From Actinomycetota bacterium (GTDB taxonomy: Bacteria; Actinomycetota; Actinomycetes; S36-B12; UBA5976): 64,000 nt of DNA. The notes beneath the pieces were generated by a model. That model saw nothing but the letters and a program-made list of their open reading frames with translations. It was not told where the DNA came from and did no database searches. Position numbers and translations under genes: made by a program. The stretch covers positions 21,899 through 85,898 of the forward strand of contig RGDC01000001.1 in NCBI GenBank assembly GCA_009918005.1, read 5' to 3'. Positions 50,212 to 59,547 of the stretch are shown piece after piece (position 1 is the stretch's first letter; every line of letters begins with the position of its first letter).

Positions 50212-51903
50212 GTGAGTGATTCGCTGAACCTTGACCCATTCCTTGGGAAAGTTTTGGAAAGTCGCTACCGCGTTGATGAACTAATTGCCCGTGGTGGCAT
50301 GGCTACTGTATATCGCGGAACGGATCTTCGCCTAGGTCGAACTGTCGCACTGAAGGTTCTTGGTGGCGTACTAGTAAACGATCCTGATTTCGTAGAGCGC
50401 TTCACCCAAGAAGCCCGAGCTACGGCGGCGCTCACGCATCCGAATGTAGTTGCCGTTCATGATCAAGGCATAAGTTCTGGTTTTCCATTTCTTGTGATGG
50501 AATTTGTGCAAGGTCGAACCATTCGCGAAATCATGGCGCAGTCTGGACCATTTACAAGTGCGCATGCGCTGGAAATCATTAGTTCAGTGCTAGCCGGCCT
50601 CACTTCCGCTCATGAAGCTGGATTCGTCCATCGAGACATAAAGCCTGAGAATGTATTAATAACCGACAATGGTCACATTAAGGTGACTGATTTTGGATTA
50701 GCTCGAGTTATTAGCGATACCCCAGTCAGTGATTCCACTGGCGCAATTCTGCTTGGAACTATGGCCTACCTTTCTCCAGAACAAGTGCAGCAGCTTGCAG
50801 TAGATCAGAGATCAGACGTCTATTCATGTGGCATTTTGCTTTACGAAATGGTCACCGGATTAGTTCCATTTACTGGTACATCTCCACTTGATGTTGCTTA
50901 CCAGCACGTCAACAGTAATGTTGCACCGCCAAGTACCGTTCAACCCGATGTGCCCCCTGCAGTTGATCATCTGGTGCTTGCCGCCACAAGAAAAACGGTA
51001 TCCGAGCGCATTCAGAGCGCTAACGAATTCCGTGACGCGGCCATTAGAGCACTCTCCGCAGTACCCCGGGCTGAAGCTTTAACCACTGCGCTTTCACTGA
51101 AAACAACATTGGCGATTCCGGCACCTGTCAGCACTACGCATCAGGCAAGTGGGCCTACTCAAGTTCATCAAAATGGACCAAATACGAGTCCCATCCAAAA
51201 CAAAGGTTCTGATTTCCAAAAGCCAGCACGAAGAAAATTTGCTCCAATGCTTTTGCTGGTCGCGTTACTAATTGCCGGTGGCGCTTGGTATCAATTCGTT
51301 GGTAATTCAGTTGCGGTACCGTCAGTCAGTGCGCTGACAGTGGATCAAGCGGCTGCAATCGTAACTCCCCTAGGACTCGACTTTGAAGTAATTAAGGAGT
51401 ATTCCGAAGACGTTCCAATCGGAACCATTATTCGAACTGAACCTAGTAGCGGACAGAAAGCTCGCAAAGGATCTTCTGTAAATATATTCGTATCAATGGG
51501 AAAAGAGAGATACCTAATCCCTTCTGACTTAGCTGGCAAAGATCCAAGTGAGGCAATTTCTGCCCTGGAGGCATTAACTTTGGTAGTTTCTGGAACTAAT
51601 GAGATTTTCGATGAAACAATCCCGATTGGAAAAGTTGTTGGAACTGAACCAATTGCTGGCACCTCAGTTGCGCAACGAACCCCAGTCACGCTCTTGGTTT
51701 CCAAGGGTCCAACTCTTATTGAAGTTCCCAATGTAGTTGGAATGGATGTCGCGACAGCAACTGCGACTCTGCAGACTGCAGGGTTTCAAGTAACGGCTGT
51801 CAATAAGTTGCCTGTTGCAATCTTGAACAAGGTTTACTCACAGAATCCTGCAGCTGGAACGATGTCGCCAAAAGACTCAGTTATTACGCTTGAAATTGTT
51901 TAA
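50212..51903 (+). CDS. Ser/Thr protein kinase with a transmembrane helix and three extracellular PASTA repeats (PknL/PknB-like)
   Basis: Hanks motifs 'GGMATVYRG', 'VALKVL', 'HRDIKPENVLI', 'DFGLAR'. TM helix 'FAPMLLLVALLIAGGAWYQF'. Three ~65-aa PASTA-like repeats start at 'VPSVSALTV', 'IPSDLAGKD' and 'VPNVVGMDV'. Confidence 0.9.
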   Translation: MSDSLNLDPFLGKVLESRYRVDELIARGGMATVYRGTDLRLGRTVALKVLGGVLVNDPDFVERFTQEARATAALTHPNVVAVHDQGISSGFPFLVMEFVQGRTIREIMAQSGPFTSAHALEIISSVLAGLTSAHEAGFVHRDIKPENVLITDNGHIKVTDFGLARVISDTPVSDSTGAILLGTMAYLSPEQVQQLAVDQRSDVYSCGILLYEMVTGLVPFTGTSPLDVAYQHVNSNVAPPSTVQPDVPPAVDHLVLAATRKTVSERIQSANEFRDAAIRALSAVPRAEALTTALSLKTTLAIPAPVSTTHQASGPTQVHQNGPNTSPIQNKGSDFQKPARRKFAPMLLLVALLIAGGAWYQFVGNSVAVPSVSALTVDQAAAIVTPLGLDFEVIKEYSEDVPIGTIIRTEPSSGQKARKGSSVNIFVSMGKERYLIPSDLAGKDPSEAISALEALTLVVSGTNEIFDETIPIGKVVGTEPIAGTSVAQRTPVTLLVSKGPTLIEVPNVVGMDVATATATLQTAGFQVTAVNKLPVAILNKVYSQNPAAGTMSPKDSVITLEIV

Positions 51904-51909
51904 CTAAAA

Positions 51910-53238
51910 CTATTTTCTATCGCGCAGCATATCGGCTACTTGGAATGCAAGATCTAGGCTCTGAATTCTGTTAAGTCTAGGGTCGCAGGCAGTTTCGTAT
52001 CTAAATGGCAAATCTGTTTCACTGACTCCACCGATTCCACCCAAGCATTCCGTGACATCATCGCCCGTAAGTTCAATGTGAATTCCGCCAGGATGAGTTC
52101 CTATTGCCTTATGCACTTCGAAGAACCCACGAACTTCGTCAATAACATCATCAAGTAAGCGTGTCTTGTGTCCAGATGCAGCTTCTTTGGTATTGCCGTG
52201 CATCGGATCGCATACCCACAAAACTGGTTGATCAGTTTTTTGAACCGCAGCAACCAACCTTGGCAGCACTTCCCTAATGTGGATTGCGCCCATTCGAGTT
52301 ATGAACATGAGTCGGCCAGCACTTTTTTCTGGATTCAGCTTCTCAAGAAGTCCCAAGATATCCGCTTCAGTTGTCTTTGGACCGATCTTTACGCCAATTG
52401 GATTCATAATTTTAGAAACAAAGTCAATGTGCGCACCAGCAAGATCGCGGGTTCGTTCACCTACCCAAACAAAGTGCCCAGATACGTCGTACAGATTGCC
52501 AGTTCTGGAATCTACCCGCGTTAATGGTTTTTCATAATCAAGCAATAAGGCTTCGTGGCTTGCATAGAAATCGGCCCGCTTAAATTCCTCAGGGTCTGCG
52601 CCACATGCAGTCATGAAGGAAAGAGCGCGATCGATTTCTTCGGCCATTTCTTCATAACGCTTTCCAGGAGTTGACTCACTAACAAAGTCTTGGTTCCACG
52701 AATGCACCTGGCGAAGGTCAGCATATCCGCCTTGCGTAAAGGCACGAACTAAATTTAGGGTCGCTGCGCTCGCATGGTAAGTCTGAACCAATCGCATTGG
52801 ATCTGGTTGCCTAGATTCAGGTGTGAACTCTAATCCGTTAACTGCATCACCACGGTACGACGGCAAACTAACGCCATCGATAGTTTCGCTTGATGAACTT
52901 CTTGGTTTGCCATACTGGCCCGCAATGCGTCCAATCTTTACCACTGGCATAGATGCGCCGTAAGTTAAGACAATCGCCATCTGAAGCACGGTCTTTAATC
53001 TGGCTCGGATGGAGTCTGCAGTATTTGCAACAAAAGTTTCCGCGCAATCGCCACCCATTAGTACAAAAGCATCGCCATTGGTTGCAGCTGAAAGTCTGGA
53101 CTTGAGTTCATCGCATTCACCGGCAAAAACAAGCGGCGGAAGTCCTGCCAAAATTTGTTGGGCTTGTGCCAAACCTTCAGCCGATGGCCATTCAGGTTGC
53201 TGGGCAGCTGGCAAATCGGGCCAAGAAACATTACTCAC
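51910..53238 (-). CDS. aroG: Class II 3-deoxy-7-phosphoheptulonate (DAHP) synthase
   Basis: 'AAQQPEWPS...GDAFVLMGGDCAETF' parallels M. tuberculosis AroG. 442 aa. GTG start. Confidence 0.9.
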   Translation of the reverse strand: MSNVSWPDLPAAQQPEWPSAEGLAQAQQILAGLPPLVFAGECDELKSRLSAATNGDAFVLMGGDCAETFVANTADSIRARLKTVLQMAIVLTYGASMPVVKIGRIAGQYGKPRSSSSETIDGVSLPSYRGDAVNGLEFTPESRQPDPMRLVQTYHASAATLNLVRAFTQGGYADLRQVHSWNQDFVSESTPGKRYEEMAEEIDRALSFMTACGADPEEFKRADFYASHEALLLDYEKPLTRVDSRTGNLYDVSGHFVWVGERTRDLAGAHIDFVSKIMNPIGVKIGPKTTEADILGLLEKLNPEKSAGRLMFITRMGAIHIREVLPRLVAAVQKTDQPVLWVCDPMHGNTKEAASGHKTRLLDDVIDEVRGFFEVHKAIGTHPGGIHIELTGDDVTECLGGIGGVSETDLPFRYETACDPRLNRIQSLDLAFQVADMLRDRK

Positions 53239-53321
53239 ATCCCCTAGATTAGTGGCGTTTCTCGCGGTTCACTAAATCTGCAAATCCCATTGAGAAACTA
53301 AGCCCCGACTAGAATTGGATC

Positions 53322-54542
53322 ATGCCAATCAAAAAAGTCGCACTCCTAACCGCAGGCGGCCTTGCACCTTGTTTATCTTCTGCGGTTGGTGCGTTGATTG
53401 AGGAGTACTCCAGAGTTGCGCCTGAGATAGAGATAATTGCCTATCGCAACGGTTACCGAGGTCTATTACTTGGCGACTCATTCACTATTACGCCAGAAAT
53501 TCGTAATAAAGCCCATCTTTTGCATGCCTTTGGTGGCAGCCCAATTGGAAATTCACGAGTCAAACTAACTAACGTGGAAGATTGCGTCAACCGCGGCTTA
53601 GTAGCTCCAGGTCAAGACCCACAGCAAGTGGCAGCTGATCGATTGATTGCAGATGGTGTTGACGTCTTGCACACAATTGGTGGCGATGATACGAATACTG
53701 CTGCGGCAGATCTCGCCACTTTTCTTGCAAAGAACAACTATGGCCTCGGTGTCGTTGGATTGCCGAAGACTATTGATAATGATGTCTACCCAATTGCTCA
53801 ATCGCTTGGGGCATGGACTGCTGCGGATGAAGGTGCGCATCATTTCAGCAACATAGTTTCAGAACATAGCTCCAACCCAAAGATGCTGATAGTCCATGAA
53901 GTCATGGGTCGTCATTGCGGATGGCTTACTGCAGCAACTGCTATCGCCTATCGCAAATTACTCGATGACATGCAATGGCTTCCAGAGCTAGGAGTCACTC
54001 GCCAAAATCGAGAAGTTCACGCGGTATACGTTCCCGAAATAGAAATTGATTTAGCTGCGGAAGCCAAGCGCCTGAGTTCGGTAATGACGTACGTTGGAAA
54101 TGTAAACATTTTTCTTTCTGAAGGTGCCGGAGTTGATTCAATAGTTGCTCAAATGACAACGCGTGGAGAAGACATTCCATTAGATCCCTTTGGTCATGTA
54201 AAGATTGACAAGATTAATCCTGGTGCTTGGTTTGCGGATCAGTTCGCTCCCATGATTGGAGCAGAAAAAGTTCTGGTGCAGAAGAGCGGCTATTACGCTC
54301 GCTCGGCGCCTGCCAACTTGCAAGACCTAGCCTTAATTAAGGAATGTGCAGCTGTTGCAGTGAGCTCTGCGCTTAATGGAATCAGTGGACTTGTTGGTCA
54401 AGATGAAGATCAATCTAATGTGATCCGAGCTTGTGAATTCGACCGAGTGGCTGGGGCGAAACCATTTAATACTGAGCAGCAATGGTTCAACGATTTACTC
54501 AGTGATATTAAGCAGCCAAAAGGAACGTTACTGAGTCACTGA
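53322..54542 (+). CDS. pfp: 6-phosphofructokinase, predicted pyrophosphate-dependent
   Basis: PFK-A fold with 'LLTAGGLAPCLS', 'HTIGGDDTN' (Asp where ATP-PFKs have GGDG) and 'GLPKTIDND' (Lys at the second specificity position). Confidence 0.75.
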   Translation: MPIKKVALLTAGGLAPCLSSAVGALIEEYSRVAPEIEIIAYRNGYRGLLLGDSFTITPEIRNKAHLLHAFGGSPIGNSRVKLTNVEDCVNRGLVAPGQDPQQVAADRLIADGVDVLHTIGGDDTNTAAADLATFLAKNNYGLGVVGLPKTIDNDVYPIAQSLGAWTAADEGAHHFSNIVSEHSSNPKMLIVHEVMGRHCGWLTAATAIAYRKLLDDMQWLPELGVTRQNREVHAVYVPEIEIDLAAEAKRLSSVMTYVGNVNIFLSEGAGVDSIVAQMTTRGEDIPLDPFGHVKIDKINPGAWFADQFAPMIGAEKVLVQKSGYYARSAPANLQDLALIKECAAVAVSSALNGISGLVGQDEDQSNVIRACEFDRVAGAKPFNTEQQWFNDLLSDIKQPKGTLLSH

Positions 54543-54568
54543 CCGTCGGGAGATTTGACTACGGCTGA

Positions 54569-55297
54569 CTAACTGGCTGGCTTAGATCTTGAAGCGTACT
54601 TGTCTACATATTCTTGGCCGGACAAGTCCATAATTCGATACATAATTTCATCGGTTAATGAGCGCAATACGAAGCGATCGTCTTCCATGCCGTAATAGCG
54701 AGAGAAGTCAAGAGGCTCCCCGATTCGGATACCAACTTCAACTCCAAAGTTAGGTCGGGACCTTCCGATCGGCTGAACCATTTCAGTATTGATCATTGCA
54801 ACAGGTATGACGGAGACTCTTGCTTCGAGTGCCATCCGGGCAACTCCGGTTTTACCGCGATACAACCGGCCATCCGAAGAGCGAGTTCCTTCTGGATAAA
54901 TACCCAACAGATGCCCTTCTCCTAGCAAGCGAACCCCAGTGCTAATGGCTGCGGTACCAGCATTGCCGCCAGTTCGATCAACTGGAACTTGGCCAGCGCC
55001 TCGGAAAAATGCCGCGGTCGCTTTACCCCTAATGCCCGGGGCTTCGAAGTATTCACTCTTGGCCATGAATGTAATTTTTCTTGGCACTGCAATCGGCAGA
55101 AAAATCGAATCTGAGAATGACAAGTGATTGCTTGCCAGAATTGCCGGACCTGTTTCAGGGATGTTTTCTAGGCCCTCGACCCAAGGGTGGAACGCAACTT
55201 CAACTGCCGGACCAATGGCAACCTTCTTGAGAAACTTATAAAAGCTATCGCGTTCAGACACAAGTCTTACGGTAGCCAACGTCGGCACTATCAGCAA
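54569..55297 (-). CDS. plsC: 1-acyl-sn-glycerol-3-phosphate acyltransferase family protein
   Basis: Acyltransferase HX4D motif 'SNHLSFSDS' and 'IYPEGTRS'. Positional equivalent of Rv2182c. Confidence 0.8.
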   Translation of the reverse strand: MLIVPTLATVRLVSERDSFYKFLKKVAIGPAVEVAFHPWVEGLENIPETGPAILASNHLSFSDSIFLPIAVPRKITFMAKSEYFEAPGIRGKATAAFFRGAGQVPVDRTGGNAGTAAISTGVRLLGEGHLLGIYPEGTRSSDGRLYRGKTGVARMALEARVSVIPVAMINTEMVQPIGRSRPNFGVEVGIRIGEPLDFSRYYGMEDDRFVLRSLTDEIMYRIMDLSGQEYVDKYASRSKPAS

Positions 55298-55395
55298 TTA
55301 TTGGCCAATAAATCTAGTACTTTTACTGGTTCCACAACCCGATTTCGCCTTCCTGGGTTACTCTCTCTTAAGGCTTTTTATTGAGAGGTGCGAAA

Positions 55396-57192
55396 ATGCG
55401 TGAATTATCTGTAGTAGCAAATATTCCACCTATTTCGAGTGGAAACATAACTGATCAAATCGAAGACCTATTTGTCCGAAATCCGAACTTTCCTTCAGTG
55501 GCCATTCAATCAGATGACGAATGGCGCACAATTACTGCTGCGCAATTTAGAGCCCAAGTTCGTGGTGTTGCCAAAGGACTAATCGCAGAGGGTTTAACGG
55601 CCGGTGACCGAGTCGCAATCCTGTCAAGGACCCGGTATGAGTGGACACTTGCAGATTACGCGATTTGGTACGCAGGGTGTGTGACTGTTCCAATTTACGA
55701 AACTTCATCACCTGAACAAGTTGAATGGATTATTTCGGATTCAAATGCAGTTGCTACTTTCTTTGAAGCTCAACGAACCACGCACGCATTTACACCGATT
55801 GCTGCCAAGGTTCCACACATGACGCGCTCCTACATTTTTGGCGACAACGTGTTAGAGGAATTGACTCAAAAAGGTGAAAGCGTTTCTGATGCTGAACTAG
55901 ATGCCCGTCGCACCGCTGCTGGACCCACCGATCCAGCAACTTTGATTTACACGTCAGGTACAACTGGTAGACCAAAAGGCTGCATAATTACGCATGGAAA
56001 CTTAATGACTGAAGTTGATACTTTAGTGAAGGCAGTTCCCGAGGTATTCGATGTGCCAGAAGCTTCAACTTTAATATTCTTGCCACTCGCTCACGTTTTT
56101 GGACGTTTGATTCAGGTCGCAATGTTACGTGGCGAGGTGACAATTGGTCACTGCCCAAATCCAGCTGCATTACTTAAAGATTTAAGTTCATTTAAGCCAA
56201 CGTTTTTGTTGGCCGTGCCTCGGGTATTTGAAAAAGTATTTAATGGATCAGCTGCTAAGGCACATGAAGCTAGCCCAGTTAAAGGCAAAATCTTTGATCG
56301 TGCCGCTGCAACTGCAATTGCATATAGTGAGGCCCTTGACCATGGGCACGTATCAAGAGCGCTATCAGTCAAGCATGGCATCTTTGACAAATTGGTTTAC
56401 TCAAAACTGCGCCATGCCATGGGGGGCCGAGTAACCCATGCAATCTCCGGTGGAGCTGCACTTGGATCGCGCTTGGGCCATTTTTACCGCGGGATCGGAC
56501 TCGTGATTCTTGAAGGTTATGGATTAACAGAAACAACAGCCGGTAGCACTCTTAACTTGCCATCCGCACTAAAGATAGGTTCCGTTGGTCGCCCACTGCC
56601 CGGAACCGGAACCAGGATTGAAGCCGATGGCGAAGTTTTGCTAAAGGGGCCACATGTATTTGCTGGTTATTGGAACAACGATGCAGCGACGACTGAGGCC
56701 ATGACAACAGATGGTTGGTTTAGAACTGGCGATATTGGCGAACTTGATGGCGATGGCTACTTGCGAATTACCGGACGCAAAAAAGAGCTAATCGTAACTG
56801 CAGGCGGTAAGAACGTTGCACCGGCAGTTCTTGAGGACCGCTTACGGGCAAACCCAATTATTAGCCAGTGTGTGGTCGTAGGCGACAATAAGCCGTATAT
56901 CGGAGCCTTGATCACGCTAGATCAAGATGCACTTCCACAGATTTTGGCAGCTAACAATATCGAACTAGTTGACATGTCTGAGCTGCTGGAAAACGCAGAT
57001 GTCCGCGCGCTGGTTCAAAAAGCAGTTAATGCTGCAAATGAAGCGGTATCAAATTCGGAAGCGATCAAGAAGTTTGTGATCTTGCCCGAGGACTTAACTA
57101 TCGATAATGGTTACCTGACTCCAAAGATGAGTATCCGCAGGCATTTGATTGTGCAGGATTTTGCTGCTGACATCAATAGTCTTTACTCCTAA
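55396..57192 (+). CDS. fadD: Long-chain-fatty-acid--CoA ligase (FadD15-like AMP-binding enzyme)
   Basis: 'IYTSGTTGRPKG', 'GYGLTET', 'TGDIGELDGDGYLRITGRKKE'. The ATG at 55396 is preceded by GAGAGGTG. The track start is a TTG at 55381. Confidence 0.85.
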   Translation: MRELSVVANIPPISSGNITDQIEDLFVRNPNFPSVAIQSDDEWRTITAAQFRAQVRGVAKGLIAEGLTAGDRVAILSRTRYEWTLADYAIWYAGCVTVPIYETSSPEQVEWIISDSNAVATFFEAQRTTHAFTPIAAKVPHMTRSYIFGDNVLEELTQKGESVSDAELDARRTAAGPTDPATLIYTSGTTGRPKGCIITHGNLMTEVDTLVKAVPEVFDVPEASTLIFLPLAHVFGRLIQVAMLRGEVTIGHCPNPAALLKDLSSFKPTFLLAVPRVFEKVFNGSAAKAHEASPVKGKIFDRAAATAIAYSEALDHGHVSRALSVKHGIFDKLVYSKLRHAMGGRVTHAISGGAALGSRLGHFYRGIGLVILEGYGLTETTAGSTLNLPSALKIGSVGRPLPGTGTRIEADGEVLLKGPHVFAGYWNNDAATTEAMTTDGWFRTGDIGELDGDGYLRITGRKKELIVTAGGKNVAPAVLEDRLRANPIISQCVVVGDNKPYIGALITLDQDALPQILAANNIELVDMSELLENADVRALVQKAVNAANEAVSNSEAIKKFVILPEDLTIDNGYLTPKMSIRRHLIVQDFAADINSLYS

Positions 57193-57225
57193 CAAACCCA
57201 TAACTCAAACCGAGATCGGATTGCT

Positions 57226-58404
57226 ATGCGAGTAATACCCCTTTCTTTAGGTTGGCTGTCAACAAGAGTTTGGGTTTTACTTTCTGGCTTTAGTGTTATT
57301 TATTACCCGAAGTCTGAATTTCTTTTCAGCGATGTTCACTTGTACGACTGGTGGGCTGGAAATCTTGCCGATGCGCACTTCCCGATCAATGATCCAATGT
57401 GGCAGTACCCACCACTAGCGGCAGTCGTATTTCTTGCCGGATATTTAATTGCTGGCAATACCGTGGGATTTGTTTATCTTGCCCTCATTGCCGATCTAGC
57501 AATTTTTGTGCTTCTACTTAAGCGTGGCCGTGAACTCAGTAATTCTCAGCCGGTATTCATATGGATGATCGCTCCTCTCGTCATCGGACCGATCTTGCTG
57601 GGTCGATTTGATGTTTTCGTAACTCTGGCTGCAGTAGTTGCCCTACTTTCCATCGGCCAGGCTCGTAAATTTGGAATTGCAATTGCGATTGGAACCTTGC
57701 TGAAAGTTTGGCCATTGTTGTTGTTGTTGGCAACTCCAAAAGGATTTGCTTTGAAGGTATTGGCATGGTTTACCGCTACCTTCGCAATGGGCAGTTTGTT
57801 ATTGAGTTTTTGGTGGAAAGACAGTTTTTCATTCATTGGTGGTCAACGTTCACGAGGTTTACAGATTGAATCTATTGGAGCGCTTCCTTACCAGCTCTGG
57901 AATGCTGGACCTAGTCAAGTGTCCTCGGCATTCCAATTCGGCGCGATCGAAGTTGTAGCTTCTGGAACTTCCCTGGTGTCGCTATTTGTCACGCTGGTAG
58001 GAGTAGTTCTACTTGGCATCCTTTTTTACTGGCGAATGTTTGGAAAACTAGGTTCAGCAAATCCGGCAGACATTGCATTGCTAGCAGTTTTGATTTCTCT
58101 AGTTACAAGTCGAGTGCTATCGCCGCAATACATGGTTTGGATATTTGGTTTACTCGCTATGAGTGCCTTTTCTCCACAGCAAAACTTTAAACGAATCTCA
58201 GTGTTAATTTTTGTTAGTGGAGGTATCGGGCAGATTATTTACCCTTGGTGGTACCTAAGTTTTCAGCAAGGAGGGGTCCTGGCAGTCACCGCGCAGGCAA
58301 TCCGAATTCTAACTTTGTTGTGGGCCACTGGCATTGCATGGAAAAACATGAAAGAACTTAGTCAGAAAAATCTTGACCCGATAGCAGGCCATCGAGCTTC
58401 TTAA
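57226..58404 (+). CDS. DUF2029/GT87-type polytopic glycosyl(mannosyl)transferase (Rv2181-like)
   Basis: Polytopic protein with an N-terminal loop 'DVHLYDWWAGNL...WQYPPLAAVVF'. Synteny with plsC/fadD15/pimB as for Rv2181. Confidence 0.55.
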   Translation: MRVIPLSLGWLSTRVWVLLSGFSVIYYPKSEFLFSDVHLYDWWAGNLADAHFPINDPMWQYPPLAAVVFLAGYLIAGNTVGFVYLALIADLAIFVLLLKRGRELSNSQPVFIWMIAPLVIGPILLGRFDVFVTLAAVVALLSIGQARKFGIAIAIGTLLKVWPLLLLLATPKGFALKVLAWFTATFAMGSLLLSFWWKDSFSFIGGQRSRGLQIESIGALPYQLWNAGPSQVSSAFQFGAIEVVASGTSLVSLFVTLVGVVLLGILFYWRMFGKLGSANPADIALLAVLISLVTSRVLSPQYMVWIFGLLAMSAFSPQQNFKRISVLIFVSGGIGQIIYPWWYLSFQQGGVLAVTAQAIRILTLLWATGIAWKNMKELSQKNLDPIAGHRAS

Positions 58405-59512
58405 AGTTTTGCTCCCAAGTCCACTCCTTGGTGACCCAGGCGCGACCCGCATTGCCCATGGCCTTAGCAGTCTCTGGGTTCGTCAAAAGGTAAGCAATCC
58501 GTTTGGCGATCTCATGAGTATCTTGGCCATCTACCAAGTAGCCGGTTTCACCATCAATAACAGCGTCAATCGCACCACCGGAGTCTCCGACAACAACCGG
58601 TAAGCCTGTGGCCGATCCTTCGAGAAAAACTATCCCAAGTCCTTCTACATCCCAACCACCTAGTCGAGTTCGACACGGCATTGCGAAGATATCGCCTGCT
58701 GCATACCACTTTGACAACTCGCTTTGCCCGACTTTCCCAGTGAAGTGAATATATTCTTCGAGTCCCGATTTTGAAACGAGACGCTCTAAGTCTTTTTTAT
58801 ATGGCCCGCCACCAACGATGATGAGGCTTGCACCTGGCGCAGTTTTTTGAATCTCAGGCAAGGCGTCAATTAATTTATCCTGGCCTTTGCGCGGCATGAG
58901 TCGAGAAACGCAAACAATAACGGGGCGTTCCAGCCAGCCTAAATTTGCACGCAGCTGATTACCTTCAGCTAATTTTGCCGGTGAGAATTCTGAAACATCA
59001 ACGCCAGGAACAATTCGACGCATTCTTGCGGCTGCATCCGGGCTCAATGCTTTTTCAATTTTTTTATGAGTGTACTCACTGATGTAAGTCAGGTAATCAG
59101 TGTCATTTCCAATCTTGCGCAGTGCTTGCCTGGTTCCTGGAGTCATTGCCCAACCAGTTTCGTGACCTTGTGTCATTCCAACAATATTTTTGACACCGAG
59201 TTTGCGAAGTGGTGAGGCTAACAGGCCGAGTGGTGCAGCTGCCCCAAATAAAACTCGCGATATGTTTTCGGAGACTACAATTTCGCGCGCCATGGCAAAT
59301 GTAGATTTTGAAGGTAATAGTGTTTTAGTATCCGCTCGAATTACCTTAAATTTTTGAGCGGCATCAAATTCGGCAGCACCCTCCCAATTTGAAGTAAGTA
59401 CTGTTACGGATTCGGGGTCAAACCTTCGAACGATTTCATATCCAAAAGTTTGAATCCCACCCGGGCGCGGCGGAAAATCATTAGTGATAACCAGAGTACG
59501 ACCCATAGTCAC
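58358..59512 (-). CDS. GT4-family glycosyltransferase (PimB'-like mannosyltransferase)
   Basis: N-terminal 'LVITNDFPPRPGGIQ' and the C-terminal EX7E region 'EGLGIVFLEGSATGLPVV'. Positional equivalent of Rv2188c. Confidence 0.75.
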   Translation of the reverse strand: MTMGRTLVITNDFPPRPGGIQTFGYEIVRRFDPESVTVLTSNWEGAAEFDAAQKFKVIRADTKTLLPSKSTFAMAREIVVSENISRVLFGAAAPLGLLASPLRKLGVKNIVGMTQGHETGWAMTPGTRQALRKIGNDTDYLTYISEYTHKKIEKALSPDAAARMRRIVPGVDVSEFSPAKLAEGNQLRANLGWLERPVIVCVSRLMPRKGQDKLIDALPEIQKTAPGASLIIVGGGPYKKDLERLVSKSGLEEYIHFTGKVGQSELSKWYAAGDIFAMPCRTRLGGWDVEGLGIVFLEGSATGLPVVVGDSGGAIDAVIDGETGYLVDGQDTHEIAKRIAYLLTNPETAKAMGNAGRAWVTKEWTWEQNFKKLDGLLSGQDFSD

Positions 59513-59547
59513 ATCTTGCCGTATCCACTTGCGCTATGGAAAACCCA

